The notes: generated by a model from the sequence alone, not told the origin. A DNA stretch of 53,897 bases from Octopus bimaculoides (GCF_001194135.2 NC_068983.1:114222959-114276855); one strand, 5' to 3'; positions 1 to 10,082 are shown, numbered from the stretch's first letter. A program made the numbers and translations.

Positions 1-328
1 CTTTCAAAATACAAAGACCTGGAAATAGAGATAACTCGAATGTGGAATCTAAAAACAGAAACAATTCCTATCATAGTAGGTGCCTTAAGTATAATAAAAA
101 AATATTCAGACAAATACATAACAAAAACACCAGGACTTACAAATATATATAACATGCAGAAAATTGCACTACTGGGTACTGCACACATTCTACGCAAAAC
201 ACTTTCAATACAGTAAACATAAGAGCACCACAGCAAACCACAGCGCATACCCAAGGCGCACAGAGCTGCGCTCGGTAGTGAAGTGAAAGCACGTTATAAA
301 AATAAAACTACTGAACATTAATAATAAT
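1..328 (+). mobile_element. 3' end of R4/Dong-like RLE non-LTR retrotransposon (subfamily 1)
   Basis: Frame 1, 1-216, reads LSKYKDLEIEITRMWNLKTETIPIIVGAL...QKIALLGTAHILRKTLSIQ*, a typical RLE C-terminus. A ~100 bp 3'UTR ends in AATAATAAT. A near-identical copy lies on the minus strand at 26843-27068. Confidence 0.8.
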
Positions 329-335
329 GTTATTA

Positions 336-1205
336 CTATTTCTATATTGCCCATAAGGGGTGCACGACCCTTATGACAAAGACAACAATTATTCCTGTGG
401 TAATTTGTACATCTAAAATTCTATCTAATGACTAAACAGTATAAAACAAAGTACAATGTGGATCTACACAAAACAAGTTAAAACGATAAAAACAGTAACA
501 ACAATAGAATTATTGCAAAAAATTCATTATTAGGTGGGATCGCCACGTAGGGACGACTAAGGAACCCTTCAAACACGAGTCACTCTGTTCATCAGGTGCT
601 CTATGCTAAGTGCTCTTCTCTAATAAAATTCAGTCTAGAGGCGCATGCTTAAAGCCAGTCCATTTACTTGTGCCGTTCTCACTAGATTTACCCATTTTCA
701 ACAAATTTACTGGGAAATAACACCTCCCTCTTCGTTCTCACTTTCCTTTCCAAATGGATCCTGGAAAAATTGACGAGGGCATGGTCGAGGCGAAGGACTG
801 CTCTTTCTGTCACATCCACTACACAACCACTTTCACTGTAGCCACGGGACAGTGGAAAACTGCTTAACCTTCCCAACCAAAAAAAGACGGTGGGCCGATC
901 TTTACAAAAATGTCGGCTGATAACTGTATCCGTCTTACATGCGACAGATGGTGTCCGACATAACTTCACAAGCTGGAAGCTGGAATACTGTACAAGTGCA
1001 TGCAGAATGTTTTCTTCGTTATGCGTGCATCCCAAGCTGGCGAAGCTGACGGCTCTACCATGCCTGTAGAGCTTATCTCGAACCGGCAATGCAGCTCGGT
1101 GGTACTGCCGGACTATAGATTTCTGGAAATTATCCATGGGCCTAGTCCGGACAAGACCAGATAGCTGATTTTCATTGATGTCCAAGGCTTTCAAGAGAAC
1201 GTTGT
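336..1205 (-). mobile_element. 3' part of Tx1/L1-clade ORF2 (degenerate Cys/His knuckle region) plus T-rich 3'UTR
   Basis: ORF 688-1269 contains MDNFQKS...ALPVRDKLYRHG...EENILHALVQY...HLERKVRTKREVL. It is homologous to copies at 1375-2030, 22815-22925 and 23925-24752. Confidence 0.7.
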
Positions 1206-1239
1206 CATTCCTACCCATCATTAATCCTCTGTGAACACC

Positions 1240-1341
1240 ATGATGGAACACCGAAAGAATGAAGGGCAAAGTCGACCTCGATAGAATTTGAACTCAGATC
1301 GGACGAAATACCGCTGAACATTTTACTCGGGTTGCTAACGA
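1240..1341 (-). mobile_element. tRNA-derived SINE family A (partial)
   Basis: Reverse complement of AGGCGGTGAGCAGGCAGAATCGTTAGC...GAGTTCAAATTC...GGTCGACTTTGCC, with A- and B-box-like motifs. Confidence 0.75.
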
Positions 1342-1374
1342 TTCTGCCTGCTCACCGCCTTTCAATGTAAAAAA

Positions 1375-2030
1375 CAATAATAATAACGTAATATAGATAA
1401 AATGTCAAATGTTTCGGAGTGTAACTTTTGGCCCGTCCTGTTGATCCTGGTTTTACTCTGACTACCAAGAAATGCTCTGGAACGTGACTTTTGACCCGCT
1501 CTGTTGATCCTGGTTTATTCTGACTACCAAGAATAAATGCTTTTTCTTAGCTATGATTTTCCGACTTGCAGGCGCATGCTGAGAGTTGGCATATTCAGTA
1601 TGTATATTCAACCGGACCAAGCTCGCCACTTTCATCCAACTTTTGATTAATCTACAGGTGGGAAGCGCCTTCCTTTATACCCACATCTTCCTCCGCCGGA
1701 TAGGACTTCCAGGCTAGGAATTCCTAGAAATTATCCATAGTCTTCTGGGTTGGAAGTCTTCAGGAACAGTCCAGCCAGTTGATTTTCGTTGAAGCTCAGA
1801 TTTTCCTCGAGAACATCGTTGCTCCTTTCTCTCATTTTACTCCACTGCTACTGCTGAATGCTAACGTGGGAAATAGAAGTCGGCAAGTGTCTGACAACAT
1901 TCCAGATTCAAGCTCCGATACTTGACCGATACTTGACCGACACTTGACTTTAAATTACAGCTCTGTCAGAGAAACTAGCTGTAGAAAAACGTGCCTGACA
2001 AAGCCCGTTCTTCCAATCGGTGGTCTCATT
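1375..2030 (-). mobile_element. Degenerate, internally deleted Tx1/L1 3' fragment
   Basis: Minus-strand pieces NDVLEENLSFNENQLAGLF and KSWMKVASLVRLN...TLSMRL match the other Tx1 copies. Confidence 0.55.
1421..1533. repeat. Two-copy ~60 bp tandem duplication within the Tx1 3'UTR
   Basis: GT(A/G)ACTTTTG(G/A)CCCG..CTGTTGATCCTGGTTT..TCTGACTACCAAGAA occurs twice. Confidence 0.8.
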
Positions 2031-2184
2031 CCCACTACAAAAAGTAAAATATCAGGTATAATAATATGATCAGAGAAAATGTAGAGCAAATCCCGACGGT
2101 AACACAACGTTTTTCTCCCGGAGAATGTCTGAGAAAATGCTAAGAAATATAATTAATAGCGATATAGGCAGTATTAGTACCAGA

Positions 2185-2655
2185 AGGTAATATTTATCTC
2201 CCGCTTAAAAGTGAATGTTGTGTTAGAACACAGAATACTTCAATAGTTACCATGAGAGAACCTCTCATATGGACTTGTAGTACACATAAGCATTCGTGTT
2301 TAAATTGCTGACAGGCGATAATCGTCCGCTGAGCCGCTGGGACTGCTAGAGAACGTGATTTTGCCTTTCGGGTTTCTCAATGGCAGATGTCCGGCGAGAC
2401 AGCAGTCAAATTCCCCTGTCAGTTGATATATAGAATCTCAGTGTCTATTCGTCTGCCATTGAGAAGCCAAAGGAAGGACGAAATCATGTGATATGACTGG
2501 TCCAGCGGTTGCAGCGACAATTATCGTCCGTCAGCGATATAAACATGAGTGATTATATGCACTACAAGTCCATACGAGGGGTCCTCTCATGGTAAATAAC
2601 GAATATCTTGTGTTCTCATGCAACATCCATTTTTAGTGGGAAATAAATATTACCT
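2185..2655. mobile_element. Foldback/palindromic non-autonomous DNA element (~220 bp imperfect arms)
   Basis: AGGTAATATTTATCTCCC...TTACCATGAGAG.ACC.CTC.TATGGACTTGTAGT...TTCTCAATGGCAGA on the left is mirrored by its reverse complement ending GGGAAATAAATATTACCT. Confidence 0.8.
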
Positions 2656-3034
2656 AAGAAATATGATTTCGACTCATTTTCAAAGAAATTTGAGGCACCA
2701 ATTTACGGATCTTCTGTCTATGGTTTGCTGTTGCTCGTATCCGAAAATGATAACTGCTGCCGAACCAATTGAAATCTTATGTTTTATAAATGTTCTTGTT
2801 GGTATTTTGATTTATATATTCAGTCAAGACGTAGAAGTACGTATAATATTAGACAAATATGATAACGCTATCATACGAAGAGGAAACTTGACTAAAACTT
2901 GGAACACTAAATTAGATACAAACGCTAAAGTCAGAGAATTAGATAAAAAACCATCCATATAATATTTAGGAGTAGATGAAAAATAAATTAGAAAAGAGTG
3001 CTAATGAAGAACAATACTAATATTGGTCACAAAT

Positions 3035-3150
3035 TTTGGCACAAGACCAGCAATTTGGGGGAGAAGAACAAGTCGATCTGAGTGTCCAACTGGTACTTGC
3101 TTTATCGACCTCAAAAGGATGAATGGCAAAGTTGACTTCGGCGCCTTAAG
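3035..3150 (-). mobile_element. SINE family A, 3' portion
   Basis: AAATTTTGGCACAAGACCAG...GTACTTGCTTTATCGACC...GGCAAAGTTGACTTCGGCG is the reverse complement of the SINE-A core and tail. Confidence 0.75.
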
Positions 3151-3176
3151 AATAGGACTAATATTGGAAGCTAATC

Positions 3177-3290
3177 AAGGTGGCGAGCTGGCAGAAACTT
3201 GGCGGTATTTCGTCTGTCTTTACGTTCTGAGTTCAAATTCCACCGCGGTCGACTTTGCCTTTCATCTTTTCAGGGTCGTTACACTAGTCC
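3177..3290 (+). mobile_element. SINE family A, 5' portion
   Basis: AAGGTGGCGAGCTGGCAGAA...TTCTGAGTTCAAATTCCACCGCGGTCGACTTTGCCTTTCATC. Confidence 0.8.
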
Positions 3291-5198
3291 TTCTTGTTAT
3301 AAATAACAGAATTAGCATAATAAATACAAAGTTAAGTGACTAGAAGAGCTTAGGAAAAAAAACTAGTAACAGCTTTCTGAAGTCACTCTACAAATGCTGA
3401 TGCAGGAAGAATATGCCTACTCCGCACATAGGAATGACGGGGTTTCATGCAAATAGAAAACAACTATAAAATAATAAAAGTAGGACTAGAAAAATACAAG
3501 CAAAGTTAGAGTAATAAAGAAAACCAACATTTATTTTTTTTTTTCATAAAGAAACAAAATGTTCAAAGTGGAAGAAACTAATTGAACTAAAGAAAAAGAT
3601 TTAGATAAAAACAAAACGGTTAAAAAATGCCAATCAAAACAGAATCCCAAAATATATATTAAAGAAATACCTAAGGGAAAAACACAACATAATTATAATA
3701 ACAGAGCATTCAATGTAGAAGTAAGCCACAGTGAATAACAAGAATGACTCAAAGACTGCGATTGAAATAGAAACAACGTTTGATTTATAATTTACTGGAT
3801 CAATGTCCATGGCGCAAATAATTACTAAAATACAACAAGGAAAAAATTCTAACAACTGCAGTCTATGCAGCCCACGTAATGAGACAATTGACCGTATCAT
3901 TTCTGGCTACCTAGTCTTTGGAATGTCTAAGTTTACTTACAGATCGTGTCGACTGCCATGTCTACAGAATAACATGCCGACATTTCGACATTTCAATGAG
4001 CGATAACATAGCATGTACCAAGAGCAGCTCATAACAGAAACTCTTAAATACATTTGCTAATTATTAAATATAAAAGAAAACCCTCTCCTCTTACTGTTTT
4101 ACAAAGTAAACGACAACACAAATAACTACCCAGAGGTAGCCATGGTTGAAACAAGAACAAGATCAAGGAACATTATTAAGAGAAAAGAAGCATGGTCATT
4201 TCTTACCCAAGTGATCTTATCTTATCGCCCATCACTTGTTATGCGCTCATAAATCAGTTTGAGAGCTGAGCTCTGATTGGCTATATGCAAATGAATTCAT
4301 AACTGGGGTCCGGAATTCTTGTGGGAAAAAAATTTCACAACCCGGAACCATGTCGTTGGCAAGTAAACTTCTTACCAAACAGACACGCATTAAAAATAAC
4401 ATTAAAAATAAAGGAACGTTAATGTTTTCGAAATTAGGCATAAGGCCAACAGTTTNNNNNNNNNNNNNNNNNNNNNNNNNNNNNNNNNNNNNNNNNNNNN
4501 NNNNNNNNNNNNNNNNNNNNNNNNNNNNNNNNNNNNNNNNNNNNNNNNNNNNNNNNNNNNNNNNNNNNNNNNNNNNNNNNNNNNNNNNNNNNNNNNNNNN
4601 NNNNNNNNNNNNNNNNNNNNNNNNNNNNNNNNNNNNNNNNNNNNNNNNNNNNNNNNNNNNNNNNNNNNNNNNNNNNNNNNNNNNNNNNNNNNNNNNNNNN
4701 NNNNNNNNNNNNNNNNNNNNNNNNNNNNNNNNNNNNNNNNNNNNNNNNNNNNNNNNNNNNNNNNNNNNNNNNNNNNNNNNNNNNNNNNNNNNNNNNNNNN
4801 NNNNNNNNNNNNNNNNNNNNNNNNNNNNNNNNNNNNNNNNNNNNNNNNNNNNNNNNNNNNNNNNNNNNNNNNNNNNNNNNNNNNNNNNNNNNNNNNNNNN
4901 NNNNNNNNNNNNNNNNNNNNNNNNNNNNNNNNNNNNNNNNNNNNNNNNNNNNNNNNNNNNNNNNNNNNNNNNNNNNNNNNNNNNNNNNNNNNNNNNNNNN
5001 NNNNNNNNNNNNNNNNNNNNNNNNNNNNNNNNNNNNNNNNNNNNNNNNNNNNNNNNNNNNNNNNNNNNNNNNNNNNNNNNNNNNNNNNNNNNNNNNNNNN
5101 NNNNNNNNNNNNNNNNNNNNNNNNNNNNNNNNNNNNNNNNNNNNNNNNNNNNNNNNNNNNNNNNNNNNNNNNNNNNNNNNNNNNNNNNNNNNNNNNNN

Positions 5199-5318
<120 letters not shown>

Positions 5319-5319
5319 C

Positions 5320-5700
5320 ACTAACAGTAGAGAACAGCAACATCAGCAATGACATCGTTATCACCATCATCATCGTCGTCGTCAATGAAGGCAACAGCAA
5401 TAAGAGGTGGGACAAAATCAAGTTGAATGAGAAAGCTTCAACATCATTTGAGAGAAGACGAAAGTTTAGATGACGCCACCCACGGGCGTGTCGGATAGGA
5501 GGAGTTTGATGTGTCTGGCACGTGTTGCATATATTTGTTGATCTTGGTGGTGGTGGTGGTGGTGGTGGTGATGATGGTAGTGGTGGCGTAGTAGCAAATG
5601 TAGGTGATGAGGGCGGAAAGAAAAATGGTGACGGTTGTGGTTGTGGTAGTGGCGTGGAAATGAGTTGGATTTTGCTGAGTAAGAAGAGGGAAATGGTGGT
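5320..5700. repeat. Low-complexity CAT/GGT/GAT trinucleotide decay
   Basis: Runs of catc, ggt and gat; no coherent ORF. Confidence 0.7.
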
Positions 5701-5895
5701 TTGAAGGGAGAAAATAAGAGACACAGTGAGCACAGAGGTATAGTCCTATATATNNNNNNNNNNNNNNNNNNNNNNNNNNNNNNNNNNNNNNNNNNNNNNN
5801 NNNNNNNNNNNNNNNNNNNNNNNNNNNNNNNNNNNNNNNNNNNNNNNNNNNNCTTTGTTGTGGAAAGAGTTGAGGCAGCTAAAAAAAAAATTCGG

Positions 5896-5960
5896 CTAAA
5901 AAAAATTATTTGCGTTCTTTCGCTGGCCGCAAATTCGATATTCTGCTGTCCATAGTTGTC
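5896..5960 (-). other. Candidate spliced exon (unverified)
   Basis: Pyrimidine-rich acceptor ttcacttcatttatacttctgttaatcttAG. The phase-1 reading is (G)QLWTAEYRICGQRKNANNFF*. Confidence 0.2.
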
Positions 5961-6084
5961 CTAAGATTAACAGAAGTATAAATGAAGTGAAGTTGCATCG
6001 ACTGAGAATCGAAAACGGTTTCACGGTCTTGACGTGCCCAATATTTACTTCTGGCGCAAAGATGCACATCAAACGCGCGTGCGC

Positions 6085-6105
6085 AGACACAGACACAGAC
6101 AGAAA

Positions 6106-6148
<43 letters not shown>

Positions 6149-6165
6149 TCACTCACTCACACCTC
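6085..6165. repeat. (CA)n/(CAGA)n/(CACT)n microsatellite
   Basis: Direct reading of the sequence. Confidence 0.95.
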
Positions 6166-6209
6166 TCTATGTCTCCGCTCTCTCAGTCTCATCATGCTTA
6201 TCAATATCA

Positions 6210-6360
6210 CTAAGGCGGCCTGATGGGACAGTAATAAGGGCTTCGGACAGATTGCCTTGTGGTAATCGTTTCGGTTCTCTGGGTTCTGCGCCGAAGTCAA
6301 CTTTACCGTTTCCTTCTTTTGGGGTCGATAAATAAGTTCCAGTCCTATAGTGGGGTCGAT
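6210..6360 (+). mobile_element. Old, diverged SINE-A
   Basis: GCCGAAGTCAACTTTACC.TTTCCTTCTTTTGGGGTCGATAAATAAGTTCCAG...GGGGTCGAT. Confidence 0.55.
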
Positions 6361-6494
6361 TTTTCTCATTTTCTAACCCTTTCTGCCTGTCTCTGTTGTT
6401 TGGATCTATCCAGGACAGTTCTGATCGCGAAGACCTATTATAAAAGATAGTCCATCCACAAACATCTTTTATCTGTTATTCAAATATAGAGTAC

Positions 6495-6757
6495 CTTCTT
6501 CTGGTAAAAATCGGCTGTAGTTAAACACGGAGAGGGATGGTCCCTTTTTGTCTAAAAATGCCCAAGACACGCCGTATATCACGACGACGCCCCTATGATT
6601 CCACCAAGGATTTGAGGGCTCAAGACAAGGCAAAGTATCATTATAACAATTCGCATCATTATCACTATCGATGGAAACCGAGTCAATGAAGAAGCTTTTA
6701 ATGTAGTCTCGCGACGTGCTATAATATAACAACCAACTCTTTCGCAAAGAGTTTCAC
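6495..6757 (-). other. Candidate spliced exon (unverified)
   Basis: Strong acceptor ttcttttc(t)n-cAG at 6760-6758 and a weak donor aag|GTactc. The sequence is non-repetitive and CpG-containing. Confidence 0.28.
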
Positions 6758-7219
6758 CTGAAAAAAAAAAAAGAAAAGAAACATTGAATAAAGATGTTCT
6801 AGATACGCTAGGTCTACACGATCAAAAATTGTCATGAATTTAAACAACAGCAATGTTCCTAAAAACATACAATTGAAACAGAGACTTCATATTCTAACTG
6901 ATCAAAGCGATGCAATTATGTAAGGGCGGGAAGTATAACTTCTTAATGTAACCTTCTTAAAGGTGTGTGTTCATATATCTACAATAGATAGAATTTTGGA
7001 TTTTTGCTTAAATCTTTGATGCAACACTTGAAATTCTTAAATTTAAAAAATCGAGTTTTGTTTAAGCATAGGCATATCAAGAAATATCTACAAAAAATTC
7101 TAAATACAGAGCGAGCAACCACCACTACTACCGGCTGTATAGACTATAAATCACCGATATACTTTAACATTAATATAGTAATATTTTCCCCCTTAGGGCT
7201 TTATATTGTATCTTAGCAA

Positions 7220-7840
7220 TAATTGGATCTATTTTAAAACGGGGGCCACATTTTTCATTAATGTTTTACGTAGTGTTTTTGGTACGGAAAGACTTTCAAA
7301 CTTCGTATACTTATCTATTTTGTGTTATAGAACAGAAAAATATTTTTGTATTCGAATTTATTTCATGTAAAAAATTGTCTTATTTCGATAATTTCAACCA
7401 ATCACTGACAAGTATTCAGTTGTTTATATTTACTCCTTTGGCTGATTAAGCGATGTAAAGCGTATTTAATCTCCATACCTTCTTTTTATTTGCTTTTTTC
7501 ATTTTAAATTTGCTTTAACCCTAACCCTAACCCTAACCCTAACCCTAACCCTAACCCTAGGGTTAAGGTTAGGGTTAGGGTTAGGGTTAGGGTTAATTGC
7601 TTCAGAATCGTTTGTTTATGTAGTCGGCACTTAATGTATATCGGCTGAATGGACGTCAGTGATTGGTTGAAATTACAGAAATACGACAACTTTAACATGG
7701 AATAACTTATGGATTTCTTTTTTTTTTAAAGAAGACTAAGAGAAAAAGATGTTTTATATGACACATTCTACCAGTGTTCCAAGTTTCAAAGTGTTTCGTT
7801 AATGAAAATGTGGCCCCCGTTTTAAAAAAGATCCCAATAA
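7220..7840. mobile_element. Foldback element (~290 bp imperfect arms) with a palindromic telomeric-repeat core
   Basis: TTGGATCTATTTTAAAACGGGGGCCACATTTT pairs with AAAATGTGGCCCCCGTTTTAAAAAAGATCCCAA. Inner arms share AATTTCAACCAATCACTGAC. The centre 7516-7596 is (TAACCC)7-TAGGG-(TTAGGG)~6. Confidence 0.85.
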
Positions 7841-8019
7841 TTTCCTCCATTGTATACCTGAACATTAGGAACTCTCATATAGTAGTAATTCCTCTAACTC
7901 AGCACTGACAAGTAGACAGACTGTTTCTATAGATACCCTCCCACACATCAACAACTCACAAACTCTCCACGCTATGAGCTCTAACCATTATCACCTGATT
8001 CCCGAATCTGCAAACCAAA

Positions 8020-8032
8020 ATGACTCATAACT
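8020..8032 (+). CDS. Candidate first coding exon (MTHN+t) of a putative secreted protein
   Basis: Start context caaaATG and donor act|GTAAGG. It joins in frame to 10026-10082. Confidence 0.25.
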
Positions 8033-8818
8033 GTAAGGAGTGTTGGATTGACGATGAGAATGTGTAAATCGTTAATGTTTGGTAGAAATGATTATTTTTA
8101 GTGGCAAGATAGTAAGAAAAACTTCGAAAAAATACTTTCAAATAGGAAACTCCTGTCTTGTACATTGTTTAGTATGGTTGTTATATAGACATGATGCTTT
8201 CGAATTAAAGATAATGTATAAAAAAGGAAGAAAGAAATTTGCATTCTCGCTGGCCTGTGCCTAAACACTAAGGAAACATTTGTAATTATGCTAATCAGGA
8301 ATCGAAATTGTTGTACATTTCAAGACAACGGGTACGAAATAGTTACTATTCAAATTCTTATTTATCTTGTAGTCAGCTTAATCTGTTGACAATTTTAACA
8401 CTACTGCCTGACTCTTGAACGTCTTTAGAAGAGTGCACTCCGTTACATTCGTTCACGCCTGACAGACCAGACCGTCTCACAATATCTTTCTTTCTCCGAC
8501 AATTTTTCTCCAAAAGGGTCCTGGACAAAAGGACCCTCCTCCGACAAAGCGAAAGAAAAAACAAACAAAACAAACAAAACAAGCAAACAATAAAACAAAA
8601 CAAAAGAGCAATAAAAATATATATGAAATAAAATAATTGCACAAACATAAATATTCAGTGGAAATGTGAATATTTCCCCGCAGTCTTCTGTTCCAGAGAC
8701 CGATGCTTTACCCAGTTTTTTCAATTATCACGGAAAAGAATAAAGACAAAAAATCATTAAACTGTTTAGGCTCTTTAGACCAGCAACGTATAGAATTATT
8801 GAATATATTATCAGCGAG

Positions 8819-8890
8819 GCGTCGGTGGTGTAACGGTTAGCATGGTTGCCTTCCAAGCAATCGACCTGGGTTCGACTCCCGGCCGACGCA
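8819..8890 (+). tRNA. tRNA-Gly(TCC): tRNA-Gly (anticodon TCC)
   Basis: 72 nt. Acceptor stem GCGTCGG/CCGACGC is perfect; the D, anticodon (GTTGC/GCAAT) and T (CTGGG/CCCGG) stems close. Loop CT-TCC-AA, T-loop TTCGACT. It closely matches metazoan Gly-TCC genes. Confidence 0.93.
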
Positions 8891-8899
8891 TCCTTGTGA

Positions 8900-8905
8900 T
8901 TTTTT
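8900..8905 (+). terminator. Pol III oligo-T terminator of the tRNA
   Basis: T6, 10 nt downstream of the discriminator base. Confidence 0.75.
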
Positions 8906-9053
8906 CCCCGTAACTTAGCGGTTCGGCAAAATAGACCGATATAATAAGTACTAGGTTTACAAAGAATAAGTCCTGAGGTCGATTTGCTCGACTAAAGGCG
9001 GTGCTCCAGCATGGCCGCAGTCAAATGACTGAAACAAGTAAAGAGTAAAGAGT
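8906..9053 (+). mobile_element. SINE family D, 3' half
   Basis: CCCCGTAACTTAGCGGTTCGGC...GGCGGTGCTCCAGCATGGCCGCAGTCAAATGACTGAAACAAG(TAAAAGAG)2. Confidence 0.85.
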
Positions 9054-9429
9054 TTCACTAAAGGCAAGTTCAAATGGAACTAAAGTAATTAACCTCGTTA
9101 TTATTATTATTTTTAAAGTGAGCTGAATTTATAATTGTTTCGATTTCTAGTCAAATGGTATCTGTTGCATCATTAATGCCATTAGAAAAGATATGATACT
9201 CATAACTTCCCATTTCTTAAGCCTCTCCATAGCACAGAAGTCTAAGCTCTCGTTCATCGTTTAAAATATCATATTTAATTTATCATATTTTGGATCAGAC
9301 AGAATTGTAAAAGTACTCTGAGCCAACAAACCAACGTAATGACCAATCCAAACAAATAAGTCATACGATCTGATATAGAATAGGATCGACAGTCAAATAT
9401 AAAAATTAGTTAAGTAATGAACATGATCG

Positions 9430-9640
9430 TAAGCATGGCAATATTGTGAAGAAGTTTGCCTTGCGACCATCTCGTCCCAAGATCGATTCTACAATGCATC
9501 ACATAGGACAAGTACCTTCTATCATTGTGTTAGACGAATTCATGACTAGGAGTTGAAACTGTGCAGAAGCCCGTCATATGTGTGTGTGTGTGTCTGTGTG
9601 TGTGTGTGTGTGCACGCCTGTATATGTATTGGAGTCAATA
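9430..9640 (+). mobile_element. Old SINE-D 5' half ending in (GT)n
   Basis: Diverged head and GAAACTG..AGAAGCCCGTC, followed by (TG)n. Confidence 0.5.
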
Positions 9641-9675
9641 GATATAGCCACGTTATAATATTACGTGCGCGAATT

Positions 9676-9892
9676 AAGCGGTGAGCAGGCAGAATCGTAA
9701 GCACATAGGGTGAAATGCTTAGCAGCATTTCGTCTGTCTTTACGTTCTAAGGTCAAATTCTGCCGAGGTCGACTTTGTCTTTATTCCTTTTGGGGTCGGC
9801 AGAATAAGTTCCAATTAAACAGTAGGAGTCGATGTAATCGACTTGCGCCCCAACCCCGAAATTACTGGCTTTGTGCCAAAATTTGAAACCAA
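9676..9892 (+). mobile_element. SINE family A, full length
   Basis: Head, B-box, GGGGTCG core and GGC-TTTGT-GCC-AAAATTTGAAA tail. Confidence 0.8.
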
Positions 9893-9914
9893 TGGTACGT
9901 GTGCAAATTAGAAC

Positions 9915-9968
9915 ACGGAACCATGTGGTTGGGAAGCAAGCTTCTTACCTCACAGCCACACTTGCGCC
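9915..9968 (-). mobile_element. SINE-D tRNA-like head
   Basis: GGAACCATGTGGTTGGGAAGCAAGCTTCTTACC.CACAGCCAC..TTGCGCC. Confidence 0.65.
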
Positions 9969-10025
9969 TAAGGAAAGATCATGAGAGTACAAGATGGTTT
10001 ATACTTCGTTCAACATTCTCCCCAG

Positions 10026-10082
10026 TGCTCTTTCTGGCAATTACACTGTTATTTAATTCATTCCATCAGAACACAAATGCAT
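10026..10082 (+). CDS. Candidate 57-nt phase 1-1 exon encoding a signal-peptide-like segment
   Basis: Acceptor cttcgttcaacattctccccAG and donor gcat|GTAAGT. It reads (x)LFLAITLLFNSFHQNTNA. Confidence 0.38.

Larger units (their letters stand above)
2825..3910 (+). pseudogene. Highly decayed R4/Dong-like RT-thumb-knuckle fragment, interrupted by two SINE-A copies
   Basis: Remnants in order: FSQDVEVRIILDKYD..IRRGNL...YLGVDE (RT motifs 6-7), RGFMQIENNYKIIKVGLEKY, and CSLC...ETIDRIISG. Confidence 0.6.

Noticed and set aside
560-596. Minus-strand CTGATGA-hairpin-TTGAAG in the Tx1 3'UTR as a hammerhead
   Set aside because: There are extra Ts before GAA, G replaces A15.1, and no proper stem I or III forms.
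6871-6890. Minus-strand ATG exon (MKSLFQ) with a GTATGT donor as upstream partner of 6495-6757
   Set aside because: A phase-2 join to the strong acceptor gives an immediate TGA.
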